Below are positions 44,101 through 52,055 of a DNA stretch of 56,335 bases, piece by piece. Position 1 is the first letter of the stretch, and every line of letters starts with the position of its first letter. The stretch comes from Bacilli bacterium (lineage in GTDB: Bacteria > Bacillota_I > Bacilli_A > ML615J-28 > CAG-698): NCBI GenBank assembly GCA_050177775.1, contig JBFXGS010000001.1, forward strand, positions 1-56,335, written 5' to 3'. The notes below the pieces were generated by a model that saw only the letters and a program-made list of their open reading frames with translations, was not told where the DNA came from and did not search any database. A program made the translations under genes and the position numbers.

Positions 44101-46485
44101 ATTCAATTAGTTTGGAACAATGCCTACCCTGGAAGTGGAATCATTGTTGATGGCACCTTAGCTGAACAACCGGCCGGCAATCCAAGCCCAGCGACCAATG
44201 GTTTTGATTTCACAAACTATACCGCTGCTTACTTTGCAGGATTAACCTTTAAAGTTCAATTTGTTTCGACAGTTACGGCAAAACCAGCTAAAATTGCTCG
44301 TCCGGTTGCAACGATTACCGATAACATTTTAGCTTGGGAGCAAGCAACAAATGCCGGAAGTTATGATGTTTATGTTGATGGCGTTTTGAAAGCCGCCAAT
44401 GTCGGCACATTAGTAACGGATACAACAACTTATAATTATGATTTACGTTTATTAAAATTAGATGATCAAGTACATACCATTCAAGTTCGTGCGATTACCG
44501 CAAACGTCCAAACGGCTGCCACTTCGGTTTTATCGGATCCCGTCAGCGTTCAATTCATTGCGCTTACCACTCCGGAAAACTTAGTGGTTAACGATACCGT
44601 TCTTTCTTGGGGCGTTGTTGATAAAGCCGCAACTTATGAAATTTGGGTCAATGATGTTTTAGTCGGCACATCGGAAACCAATAGTTTTGACTTAAAAGAC
44701 TTCTTTGGTTCTTCAACAAAAGATGTTCAAGTAAAAGCTTTACCGGGTGATGCTGATAAAATGTATGTGGCTTCGCCATTAACCGAAAAATTCCCATTTG
44801 GTGAACCAACGACGACTTATTTAACATTAACGCTTGAAACGCAACATGTCACACACACGACGGTTGATGAATGGATGATTAAGCGTAATGTTACCGTTCC
44901 TAATGGTGGTTTCTCGGGTTCAAATGAAATCTTCTTAATTGAAGACGCTTTTGCTTTCACAAGCTATGCGACCCCAACCGGAGTAATCACTGCCAACGGG
45001 ACCTTCTTATTGTTCGGTGCGGACGGTAAATTAAAAGCGGTTCGGACCATTATCAATAATCATCAATGGTTAGCAACCAACGATCCGCAAGTCAACAACG
45101 GTTGGACGACTTTAACCGGAGTAACCGCGGGGCAAGTAAAAGTTCAAGAAGTTACCCCGTTATTAGCTGAAGGCGACTTTATCCTTGTCACCACTGCGGG
45201 AACAAGCAAGCAAGAAGGAGCAACCTTAAATGCTCGTGATTTCTTAGCTTATCACTTTATGGGTTCTTGGGATACAACCATTGCCAGCGGTGAAATTTGG
45301 CGTAAGACGATTGATCAATTCATTAATCCATCAACAGTTACTTATAAATTATCGACTTACCCGGTTACTTATTACCTAAGTTTAGCTTTGGAAAGTCAAC
45401 ATATTACTTACACGACGGTTGATGAATGGATGATTAAGCGTAATGTTACCGTTCCTAATGGTGGTTTCTCTGGTTCAAATGAAATCTTCTTAATTGAAGA
45501 CGCTTTTGCTTTCACAAGCTATGCGACCCCAACCGGAGTAATCACTGCCAACGGGACCTTCTTATTGTTCGGTTCGGACGGTAAATTAAAAGCGGTTCGG
45601 ACCATTATCAATAATCATCAATGGTTAGCAACCAACGATCCGCAAGTCAACAACGGTTGGACGACTTTAACCGGAGTAACCGCGGGGCAAGTAAAAGTTC
45701 AAGAAGTTACCCCGTTATTAGCTGAAGGCGACTTTATCCTTGTCACCACTGCGGGAACAAGCAAGCAAGAAGGAGCAACCTTAAATGCTCGTGATTTCTT
45801 AGCTTATCACTTTATGGGTTCTTGGGATACGACCATTGCCAGCGGTGAAATTTGGCGTAAGACGATTGATCAATTCATTAATCCATCAACAGTTACTTAT
45901 GCTGTTGTCGGACGTCCGTATGTTAACAAACTGGCTTTAACTTTAGAGAGTCAACAAATAACTTATACGACGGTTGATGAATGGATGATTAAACGTAATG
46001 TTGTGGTAGCCGATGGCGGCTTTGCCGGATCAACCAGTATTTTCTTCATCGAAGATGCTTTTGCTTTCACAACCTTTGCAACGCAAACAGCCTTTGTCAC
46101 GGTTAACGGGACTTTACTATTATTTGGAGCGGATAACAAACTTAAAGCAATCCGAACCATTATCAATAATCATCAATGGTTAGCAACCAACGATCCGCAA
46201 GTCAACAACGGTTGGACGACTTTAACGGGAATAACTTCCGGTCAAGTAAAAGTTCAAGAAATAACCCCGTTATTAGCAGAAGGCGATTACATTATTCTTT
46301 CGAATAATGTTACTACCAAACAAGCCGGTGCTACTTTAAATCCAAGAGATTTCTTAGCTTACCACTTTATGGGTTCTTGGGATACAACCATTGCCAGCGG
46401 TGAAATTTGGCGTAAGACGATTGATCAATTCATTAATCCATCAACAGTTGCTTTTGCCATTAAGAAAGTCGTTGTTACTTTCTAA
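41104..46485 (+). CDS. Giant surface lipoprotein (1793 aa) with Ig-like, FN3-like and repeated unassigned domains
   Basis: Lipobox LTAC at the N-terminus. Three roughly 90-aa Ig-like (DUF5011-like) repeats, two FN3-like modules and three C-terminal 185-aa tandem repeats. AAGGAGGAAA RBS. Confidence 0.85.
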   Translation: MSNIKKFLFFLSLIIVVFSLTACKPKDTEKPSLVIPSPTITHVVNEDVDLLEDITATDNVSVAADITIEISDLGGYDKTKVGNYTVTIKATDKAGNFITRTITVNVTEAPILDTVAPTLTIGKPSITHEVNATVNLLADVTATDNIDAANDITISISNYNGYDKSVAGTYVITVKATDKSNNFSTATITVIVKDDVLPPMVTGAVTTITQLAGETVDLTKGLTGVDNKDGVNVIFTVTNLKDYNKDVPGTYTVEITASDSSDNHGVPFNRTVVVEEGYARAEMTSFAGDTIRYQALYNPQIMNSNTATGYNSAYDGHYVNVLSKEYLEWIIEYAPERLGAGVGWSVIAVTDSTDKIVYVRHWNSGEAYHDAQGNLVSAKSVNWSTGTIRTWTEEVGGQTVGMSNAKYSSAEMGMMMANINEWVPEGGHVFIFLNWTTIGEDESGNLISIANSATMPRSMGANYIMSSDENGDDVMDYAIGRTLKILDKQLTDNTIRQSFDPANPFPIISIPSVRYVTSTGIWKNRYTETVYLDEFNQTNPYNPLNGVFANDGKGTDITSSITYKIFRYQTTEQAYGLLTSLAIDDPRWAYYVDAAELWKKEENEVTLEQVMVDANNDYHFVVQYQVTANGHTDTAYKLIQIKAQVPDYIDLYGATDSVFSEAMGLQQRLDMNPNLENFGSMTTTEKGIIYTASAFKALTVFPALEKGVVVVVDPFYRIQLIRIVNGIAFELDGTGTAKTTDLTWISSQMLAGLDTLVPAGGYVMIYPEGLNGAVLTKALKAYYDYGYQSGVLTEALPTNGKVSVEMIIKEVKEVSTFIVNDVAPQININNALTNIFAVENNKASLVFSSAGGGAGFRLDTGKAYYYTKADYAVLSQHTDVVSSFTTLSPNKGVPWFRDGVIIVVDASGKFVQARVMTTSAAAEIHVDGTVVYGNAAVVALSETAKAAAGQANLTWDLVLPNAANTVAHGPLADIQSVIPEGGAFYILPGTANTAVRNYAIQLVWNNAYPGSGIIVDGTLAEQPAGNPSPATNGFDFTNYTAAYFAGLTFKVQFVSTVTAKPAKIARPVATITDNILAWEQATNAGSYDVYVDGVLKAANVGTLVTDTTTYNYDLRLLKLDDQVHTIQVRAITANVQTAATSVLSDPVSVQFIALTTPENLVVNDTVLSWGVVDKAATYEIWVNDVLVGTSETNSFDLKDFFGSSTKDVQVKALPGDADKMYVASPLTEKFPFGEPTTTYLTLTLETQHVTHTTVDEWMIKRNVTVPNGGFSGSNEIFLIEDAFAFTSYATPTGVITANGTFLLFGADGKLKAVRTIINNHQWLATNDPQVNNGWTTLTGVTAGQVKVQEVTPLLAEGDFILVTTAGTSKQEGATLNARDFLAYHFMGSWDTTIASGEIWRKTIDQFINPSTVTYKLSTYPVTYYLSLALESQHITYTTVDEWMIKRNVTVPNGGFSGSNEIFLIEDAFAFTSYATPTGVITANGTFLLFGSDGKLKAVRTIINNHQWLATNDPQVNNGWTTLTGVTAGQVKVQEVTPLLAEGDFILVTTAGTSKQEGATLNARDFLAYHFMGSWDTTIASGEIWRKTIDQFINPSTVTYAVVGRPYVNKLALTLESQQITYTTVDEWMIKRNVVVADGGFAGSTSIFFIEDAFAFTTFATQTAFVTVNGTLLLFGADNKLKAIRTIINNHQWLATNDPQVNNGWTTLTGITSGQVKVQEITPLLAEGDYIILSNNVTTKQAGATLNPRDFLAYHFMGSWDTTIASGEIWRKTIDQFINPSTVAFAIKKVVVTF
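44815..46482 (+). repeat. Three tandem 555-bp direct repeats inside the giant lipoprotein gene
   Basis: Anchor ACGACGGTTGATGAATGGATGATTAA at 44857, 45412 and 45967 (period 555). Copies 1 and 2 differ at 3 of 489 core positions. Copy 3 is diverged but contains blocks identical to copies 1 and 2. Confidence 0.95.
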
Positions 46486-46505
46486 GATGTTCAATGATTA
46501 AGTGA

Positions 46506-46533
46506 ATAAGTCGAGGAGCAATCCTCGACTTAT
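46506..46533 (+). terminator. Strong hairpin after the giant gene (weak or partial terminator, no clear T-run)
   Basis: ATAAGTCGAGGA-GCAA-TCCTCGACTTAT 12-bp stem, followed by CGTTAATC rather than a T-run. Confidence 0.5.
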
Positions 46534-46553
46534 CGTTAATCACGGAGGAAGAG

Positions 46554-47216
46554 ATGAAATTTGAAAAATTATTTAATAGCAAATTTTATATGTTTTTTGA
46601 ATGGATATATCGACTAATCCTAGTTAACTTATTATTTATCCTATGCTCTTTGCTTGGCTTAGTCATCTTTTCGATAATTCCCGCTTTCATTGCGATGACA
46701 ACCATAATCAAATCATATTCTTCCGACACCAATTTTCCGATTGTGAAAACATTTTGGCGCATCTTTATAAAACACTTTAAACAAAATCTTAATTTATCGT
46801 TGGTTTTTCTATTCTTGTTTTTGATATTTATTTTCAACACCTATTTTTTCTTCCTCGGTTGGCAAGAATATCAAGCCTTAATCAATGAGATAATCTTTAA
46901 TTTCACTCTTGTTTTAGATGGAGTAATGATTGTAGCATTTATTAATGCCATTTTTGTGAGAGTTTATTTTCCTAACTTAAATACCAAGAAAACCATTAAA
47001 TATGCCTTTGTTTTATTGAGAGCGCTACCCTTACCATTTGTTTTTATTTTCTTATTATTAATAATCGAATCAATTATCATTTATTATTTTCCCTACTATT
47101 TAATTATTTTAGGTTTTTCTTTATTGATGCTCATTATCAATACATTGATTAAAACGAAATATCAAAAATTGGTTGCTGAAGGAGTAGTTTCTCTTCAAGC
47201 CCAAGATTATGTTTAG
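46554..47216 (+). CDS. DUF624 (YesL-like) membrane protein, second copy
   Basis: 220 aa. LILVNLLFILCSLLGLVIFSIIPAFIAM pattern. GGAGGAAGAG RBS. Confidence 0.7.
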   Translation: MKFEKLFNSKFYMFFEWIYRLILVNLLFILCSLLGLVIFSIIPAFIAMTTIIKSYSSDTNFPIVKTFWRIFIKHFKQNLNLSLVFLFLFLIFIFNTYFFFLGWQEYQALINEIIFNFTLVLDGVMIVAFINAIFVRVYFPNLNTKKTIKYAFVLLRALPLPFVFIFLLLIIESIIIYYFPYYLIILGFSLLMLIINTLIKTKYQKLVAEGVVSLQAQDYV

Positions 47217-47235
47217 AGAACAAGGAGGTGGACTT

Positions 47236-50130
47236 ATGAAGAAAAAAATAGTCATCTTAATGCTTATTTTCTTAATAGCATTTTGTGGATACTTGATTAT
47301 CGATGCTTTACCAGTCGAAGCAAGTGAACCTCGCCCCTATCCTGGTTCGATTTATGAACAGGTTTTGCTTGAAAGCACTTCCTATGAAGAATATCTGAAG
47401 GATCTTTCGACCAACCAATCCGGAGCTTTCTTTTCCGTTAATGCCTCGCAAGGGTATACTTACTCGTTAAATGAAGCCAACGATGTTCCTTATGTGCTAA
47501 CGATTGATGGGCAAGAGGGTTTATTTATTCCCGAAGTTGGTGATGTTTCCTGGTCATTTAATGTTTTGGAAGCCGGGATTTATACCATCGCTTTAACTTA
47601 TTATCCAATTGAAGGGCGAAGTTCCGAAATAACAAGGGGTTTAAAAATTAATGGCGATTACCCTTTCTCGGAAGCAACCTCATTTGTTTTGCCAAGAATA
47701 TGGGAAGACGCCTATGATGTTGCTTCAAAAAGAGAAGACGGGAAGCACGATCAAAAACCGACTCAATTAGAAAAGTTAAAATGGAATGTTTTTCCAATCC
47801 GAGATACCGCGGGTTTTTACTATGGTCAGAGTTATCAGTTTGCTTTTGAACAAGGAGTAAACACCGTAACGTTAGTGGGAAATAAAGAACCAATGGTCCT
47901 TTCTTCTTTACAATTTAATCCTTATGTTGTGGAAAAAAACTACGAGGAAACTTTAACTTACTACCAAACACAAAATTATCAAGAAATAAATGTCGCTGAT
48001 TTTCATGATGGTGGTTATATTAAACAACAAGGCGAACATTCATTCGAAAAATCGACGCCTATTTTATCACCTGTTGCCAACTGGAGCAGTTATAAAGTTG
48101 ATCCATATGTTCAGTTTATGACCAGATATAATACCATTGGGGGCACAACTTGGCGCGTGGCCGGGGATTTTGTCAGTTGGGAAGTGGAAGTTTTCCAATC
48201 CGGACTCTATCAATTAAGTTTTAAAGTCTTACAAAACTATCGCCAAGGCATGTATTCAACGAGAATTTTATCCATCAATGGAAAAGTCCCCTTTAGTGAA
48301 TGCCGAAACATCCAATTTGCGTATGATAGCGATTGGCAAAATGTCACCCTCGGTAATGATGAAGGAGCTTACCTATTTTATTTTGAACAAGGAAAAAACA
48401 TTATTACTTTAGAAGCAACGATTGGCGTTTATGCCGATATTGTTCGGGTTGCTGAAGAAACCATCACCACTTTAAATTCTTTATATCGTAAAGTAGTCAT
48501 GATTGCCGGAGCAAATCCAAATGAATATCAAGATTATTTATTAGAAGAACGAATCGATGGCTTATTTACGATGATTGAGTCAAGCGCTGATAACTTACAG
48601 CATTGCATTGATCAAATAATCAATATATCCGGTGAAAGAAGTGCCCTAATTTCGAGTTTCGAAAGAACTTTATATCAAATGCGACAATTTGCGAAAAGCG
48701 AACGAAACATTCAAATTGGGTTAAAAGAATTGGATGACAACATTGCGGCTTTAGGAACATGGGTTATGACCATTTCCGAACAATCATTGGCTGTTGATTG
48801 TTTTTATATTCATGATAATCAAGTTAAATTACCAAAAGCCAAGACCAATTTTTTCCAAAAATTATGGCATGAAATTGTAATGCTGTTTGGAAGCTATGGA
48901 GCCAATACTTCACTAGAGAGCAGTGTTGAGACCGATGGGCCAACGATTACAGTATGGATATCTTCTGGCCGGGATCAATCCCAATTATTAAGGCAACTAA
49001 TTGATGAATCTTTTACATTGCAAAAAAATGTTAATGTTCGATTAAAACTAGTATCACAAACGGCTTTACTTCCTGCCACATTATCGGGAAACGGTCCCGA
49101 TGTGGCCATTGGTGTTGGTCAAAACATCCCCGTTAATTGGGGAATCAGAAATGCTTTATTAGATTTAACGCAATTTAGCGATTATGAAGAAGTCAAAACG
49201 TGGTTTCATCCTAGCGCGCTTACCCCATTTTCATTTCAAAATCGTGCTTACGGTCTTCCGGACACCCAAGATTTTTTAGTTTCGTTTGTCAGAACAGATA
49301 TTATGAGTGAATTAAATATGGAGGTTCCTGATTCGTGGAATGAAGTAATTGATGCTCTTCCACAACTTCAACGACAATATTTAGATTATTATTTACCAAA
49401 CTCCAAAGGGGCTTTGAGCTCTTTGCTTTATGCCATGGTTGCTCAAAAAGGTGGGCAATTGTATGATGAAGAAGGAACAAAAACCATGCTGACAGAAACA
49501 AATGCTACCGAAGCTTTCATTGACTTCACGACTTTTTTTAGTGATTATGGTTTTGAAATCAGCGCTAATTTTTCTAATCGTTTCCGTAGCGGTGAAATGC
49601 CAATTGGGGTTGCCAACTTTTCGTTATATAACACATTATCGGTTTTCGCTCCCGAAATCCGTGGCCATTGGGAATTTAAACCGCTACCCGGTTATGAAAT
49701 CAATGATGAAGTTAATAACCAAACGACTTCTACCGTTAGTGGAACCGTCATTTTAGGAAGCACCAAAGAGCCAAACGCAAGTTGGGAGTTTTTGAAATGG
49801 TGGTTAGGAAAAGAGACTCAATCCGGCTATGCCCGCGGAATGGAAGCTATTCTTGGGGCCGCCGCCCGCTATCCAACTGCCAATTTAGAAGCTTTTGAGC
49901 AATTGCCTTGGTCAACAAAAGACTATCAATTATTAACGGCTCAACGAGAAAAAGCTGTTGGTGTTCCGACTTTCCCGGGTGATTACATTGTGGGTCGTTA
50001 TATAGATAATGCCTTTAGAGCAAGCATTAATAACAACATTAACCCTAGGGATAGTTTGTTTGAATATTGCAAGAAAATCAATATTGAACTGGGAAGAAAA
50101 CGCCAAGAGTTTGGTTTGAATGGAGAGTAA
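47236..50130 (+). CDS. Large extracellular solute-binding protein with a duplicated CBM-like N-terminal module
   Basis: 964 aa from MKKKIVILML (signal or anchor). Two similar roughly 250-aa modules (VSWSFNVLEAGIYTIALTYYP...LKINGDYPFSEA and VSWEVEVFQSGLYQLSFKVLQ...LSINGKVPFSEC), then an SBP-like C-terminal half. AAGGAGGTGGA RBS. Confidence 0.75.
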   Translation: MKKKIVILMLIFLIAFCGYLIIDALPVEASEPRPYPGSIYEQVLLESTSYEEYLKDLSTNQSGAFFSVNASQGYTYSLNEANDVPYVLTIDGQEGLFIPEVGDVSWSFNVLEAGIYTIALTYYPIEGRSSEITRGLKINGDYPFSEATSFVLPRIWEDAYDVASKREDGKHDQKPTQLEKLKWNVFPIRDTAGFYYGQSYQFAFEQGVNTVTLVGNKEPMVLSSLQFNPYVVEKNYEETLTYYQTQNYQEINVADFHDGGYIKQQGEHSFEKSTPILSPVANWSSYKVDPYVQFMTRYNTIGGTTWRVAGDFVSWEVEVFQSGLYQLSFKVLQNYRQGMYSTRILSINGKVPFSECRNIQFAYDSDWQNVTLGNDEGAYLFYFEQGKNIITLEATIGVYADIVRVAEETITTLNSLYRKVVMIAGANPNEYQDYLLEERIDGLFTMIESSADNLQHCIDQIINISGERSALISSFERTLYQMRQFAKSERNIQIGLKELDDNIAALGTWVMTISEQSLAVDCFYIHDNQVKLPKAKTNFFQKLWHEIVMLFGSYGANTSLESSVETDGPTITVWISSGRDQSQLLRQLIDESFTLQKNVNVRLKLVSQTALLPATLSGNGPDVAIGVGQNIPVNWGIRNALLDLTQFSDYEEVKTWFHPSALTPFSFQNRAYGLPDTQDFLVSFVRTDIMSELNMEVPDSWNEVIDALPQLQRQYLDYYLPNSKGALSSLLYAMVAQKGGQLYDEEGTKTMLTETNATEAFIDFTTFFSDYGFEISANFSNRFRSGEMPIGVANFSLYNTLSVFAPEIRGHWEFKPLPGYEINDEVNNQTTSTVSGTVILGSTKEPNASWEFLKWWLGKETQSGYARGMEAILGAAARYPTANLEAFEQLPWSTKDYQLLTAQREKAVGVPTFPGDYIVGRYIDNAFRASINNNINPRDSLFEYCKKINIELGRKRQEFGLNGE

Positions 50131-50133
50131 GAA

Positions 50134-51090
50134 ATGAATAGAACACTTATTTCTCAAGAACAAAAACAATTAGAGCGTAAAAACCGTCGTCAAGAGTTTT
50201 GGAAACAGGTCAAAAAGAATCGCGTTTCCTATTTTATGGTTGCTCCGTTTTTAATCATTTTTTTCACATTCACGGTTTTGCCGGTCTTAATGAGTTTCTT
50301 TTTAAGTTTTACTTCTTTTGATATGCTTCAAGCACCGAAGTTTATTGGCCTTGATAACTATATTAATTTATTTTTAAATGATGAAGTTTTTTTAATCGCC
50401 ATAAAAAACACCTTTATTTTAGCGATTATTACGGGACCTGTTTCCTACGTGTTAGCTTTTTTGTTTGCATGGTTAATTAATGAATTGCCAAGAAAAATTC
50501 GCTGGTTTATGACGCTGGTTTTTTATGCTCCTTCCATTAGCGGAAGTGCTTATTTGCTTTGGCAATTAATTTTTTCATCCGATATGTATGGGGTCCTCAA
50601 TGCCTTTTTAATCAATTTAGGGATTATTAATGCTCCCATTTTATGGCTTGAGTCTCCTCAATATGCTTTGCCGATTTTAATCATTGTGCAATTATGGTTA
50701 AGTTTGGGAGTTACTTTTCTTGCTTTTATTGCCGGACTTCAAACGGTGGATCGAACTTTATATGAAGCAGCGGCCATCGATGGTTTACGAAATCGTTGGC
50801 AAGAATTATGGTTTATTACCCTTCCCCAAATGAAGTCTCAATTAATGTTTGGCGCGGTAATGCAAATAACCAATGCCTTAGGGATTGCTTCGGTTTCCAT
50901 AAATCTTTTGGGATTTCCGTCCGTTGAATATTCCGGACATACGATTGTAACGCATTTAATGGATTTTGGTTCAACAAACTCAACGCGTTTGGAAATGGGA
51001 TATGCTTCAGCTATTGCCACCATCCTCTTTTTCATCATGCTTGGTTCAAACCTAATTGTCCAAAAAATCATTAGGAGGGTGGGATCATGA
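50134..51090 (+). CDS. Sugar ABC transporter permease (CUT1)
   Basis: EAA loop EAAAIDGLRNRWQELWFITLP and 6 TM helices. Confidence 0.9.
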   Translation: MNRTLISQEQKQLERKNRRQEFWKQVKKNRVSYFMVAPFLIIFFTFTVLPVLMSFFLSFTSFDMLQAPKFIGLDNYINLFLNDEVFLIAIKNTFILAIITGPVSYVLAFLFAWLINELPRKIRWFMTLVFYAPSISGSAYLLWQLIFSSDMYGVLNAFLINLGIINAPILWLESPQYALPILIIVQLWLSLGVTFLAFIAGLQTVDRTLYEAAAIDGLRNRWQELWFITLPQMKSQLMFGAVMQITNALGIASVSINLLGFPSVEYSGHTIVTHLMDFGSTNSTRLEMGYASAIATILFFIMLGSNLIVQKIIRRVGS

Positions 51091-52046
51091 GAAAAAAACC
51101 ATCCTCAATCGTGATGACGGACCAAGAACGAAGTCAAATAATTCAAGATTTAAAAGTTCAAGAATTAGAATGGTACAAACAAAAACAAAAGTTCAAAAAA
51201 TATCGTCGTGTTCGCTTAAGTAGATCATTATGGGGCGATATTTTTGTGATTCTTGTTTTAGTCTTATTTGGTTCATTTAGTGCTTATCCTTTAGTTTATA
51301 CAGTTTCCAATTCCCTAAAGGGACTTGATGAAATCTTTGTCTTTCCGCCTCGTTTGTTTCCAAGAAATATTACTTTTCGAAACTTTATTGATTTATTCAA
51401 TTTAATCGGCAATACACAAATTCCCATTTCTCGTTATTTTATAAATACGTTGACCATTACTTTGTTTGGAACGGTTGGTCATGTGTTGCTATCATCTCTT
51501 TGCGCTTACCCATTATCAAAGCATCGTTTTCCCGGACGTCATTTAATCAATCAATTAGTGGTTTATTCGCTAATGTTTTCCGCAGCGGTTACGGCGATTC
51601 CATCCTATATGATTATCAGTTGGTTGGGCTTGATTGACTCGCAACTGGCGATAATTATTCCGGCTTTTGGGTTTACTTTAGGACTTTTCTTAATGCGTCA
51701 ATTCATGAATGTCATTCCCAATGAATTATTAGAAGCGGCTAAAATTGATGGTGCCAACGAATATCAAATCTTTTTTAAAGTCGTGATGCCGCTTGTGAAA
51801 CCGGCTTGGTTAACCTTAATTATTTTATTGTTCCAACAACTATGGGGAACCGATGGCGGGACATATATTTTTACTGAAAATTTAAAGCCCCTTAGTTATG
51901 CGCTTGGTCAAATTGTTGCAGGTGGAGTGGCAAGAACGGGAACGGCTGCCGCAGTGACCGTCATTATGTTGGTGGTTCCTATTTCGGTTTTTATTTTTAA
52001 TCAAACCAAGATGCTTGAAACAATGGCTCATTCTGGGTTGAAATAG
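51087..52046 (+). CDS. Sugar ABC transporter permease (CUT1)
   Basis: EAA loop EAAKIDGANEYQIFFKVVMP. ATGA overlap with the upstream gene. Confidence 0.9.
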   Translation: MRKKPSSIVMTDQERSQIIQDLKVQELEWYKQKQKFKKYRRVRLSRSLWGDIFVILVLVLFGSFSAYPLVYTVSNSLKGLDEIFVFPPRLFPRNITFRNFIDLFNLIGNTQIPISRYFINTLTITLFGTVGHVLLSSLCAYPLSKHRFPGRHLINQLVVYSLMFSAAVTAIPSYMIISWLGLIDSQLAIIIPAFGFTLGLFLMRQFMNVIPNELLEAAKIDGANEYQIFFKVVMPLVKPAWLTLIILLFQQLWGTDGGTYIFTENLKPLSYALGQIVAGGVARTGTAAAVTVIMLVVPISVFIFNQTKMLETMAHSGLK

Positions 52047-52055
52047 GAGGGACTT

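Noticed and set aside
46506-46533. Calling the hairpin after the giant gene a definite operon boundary
   Set aside because: The stem is strong but has no T-run, and no promoter is visible before 46554. Read-through into the downstream cassette is at least as likely, so it is reported only as a weak or partial terminator.
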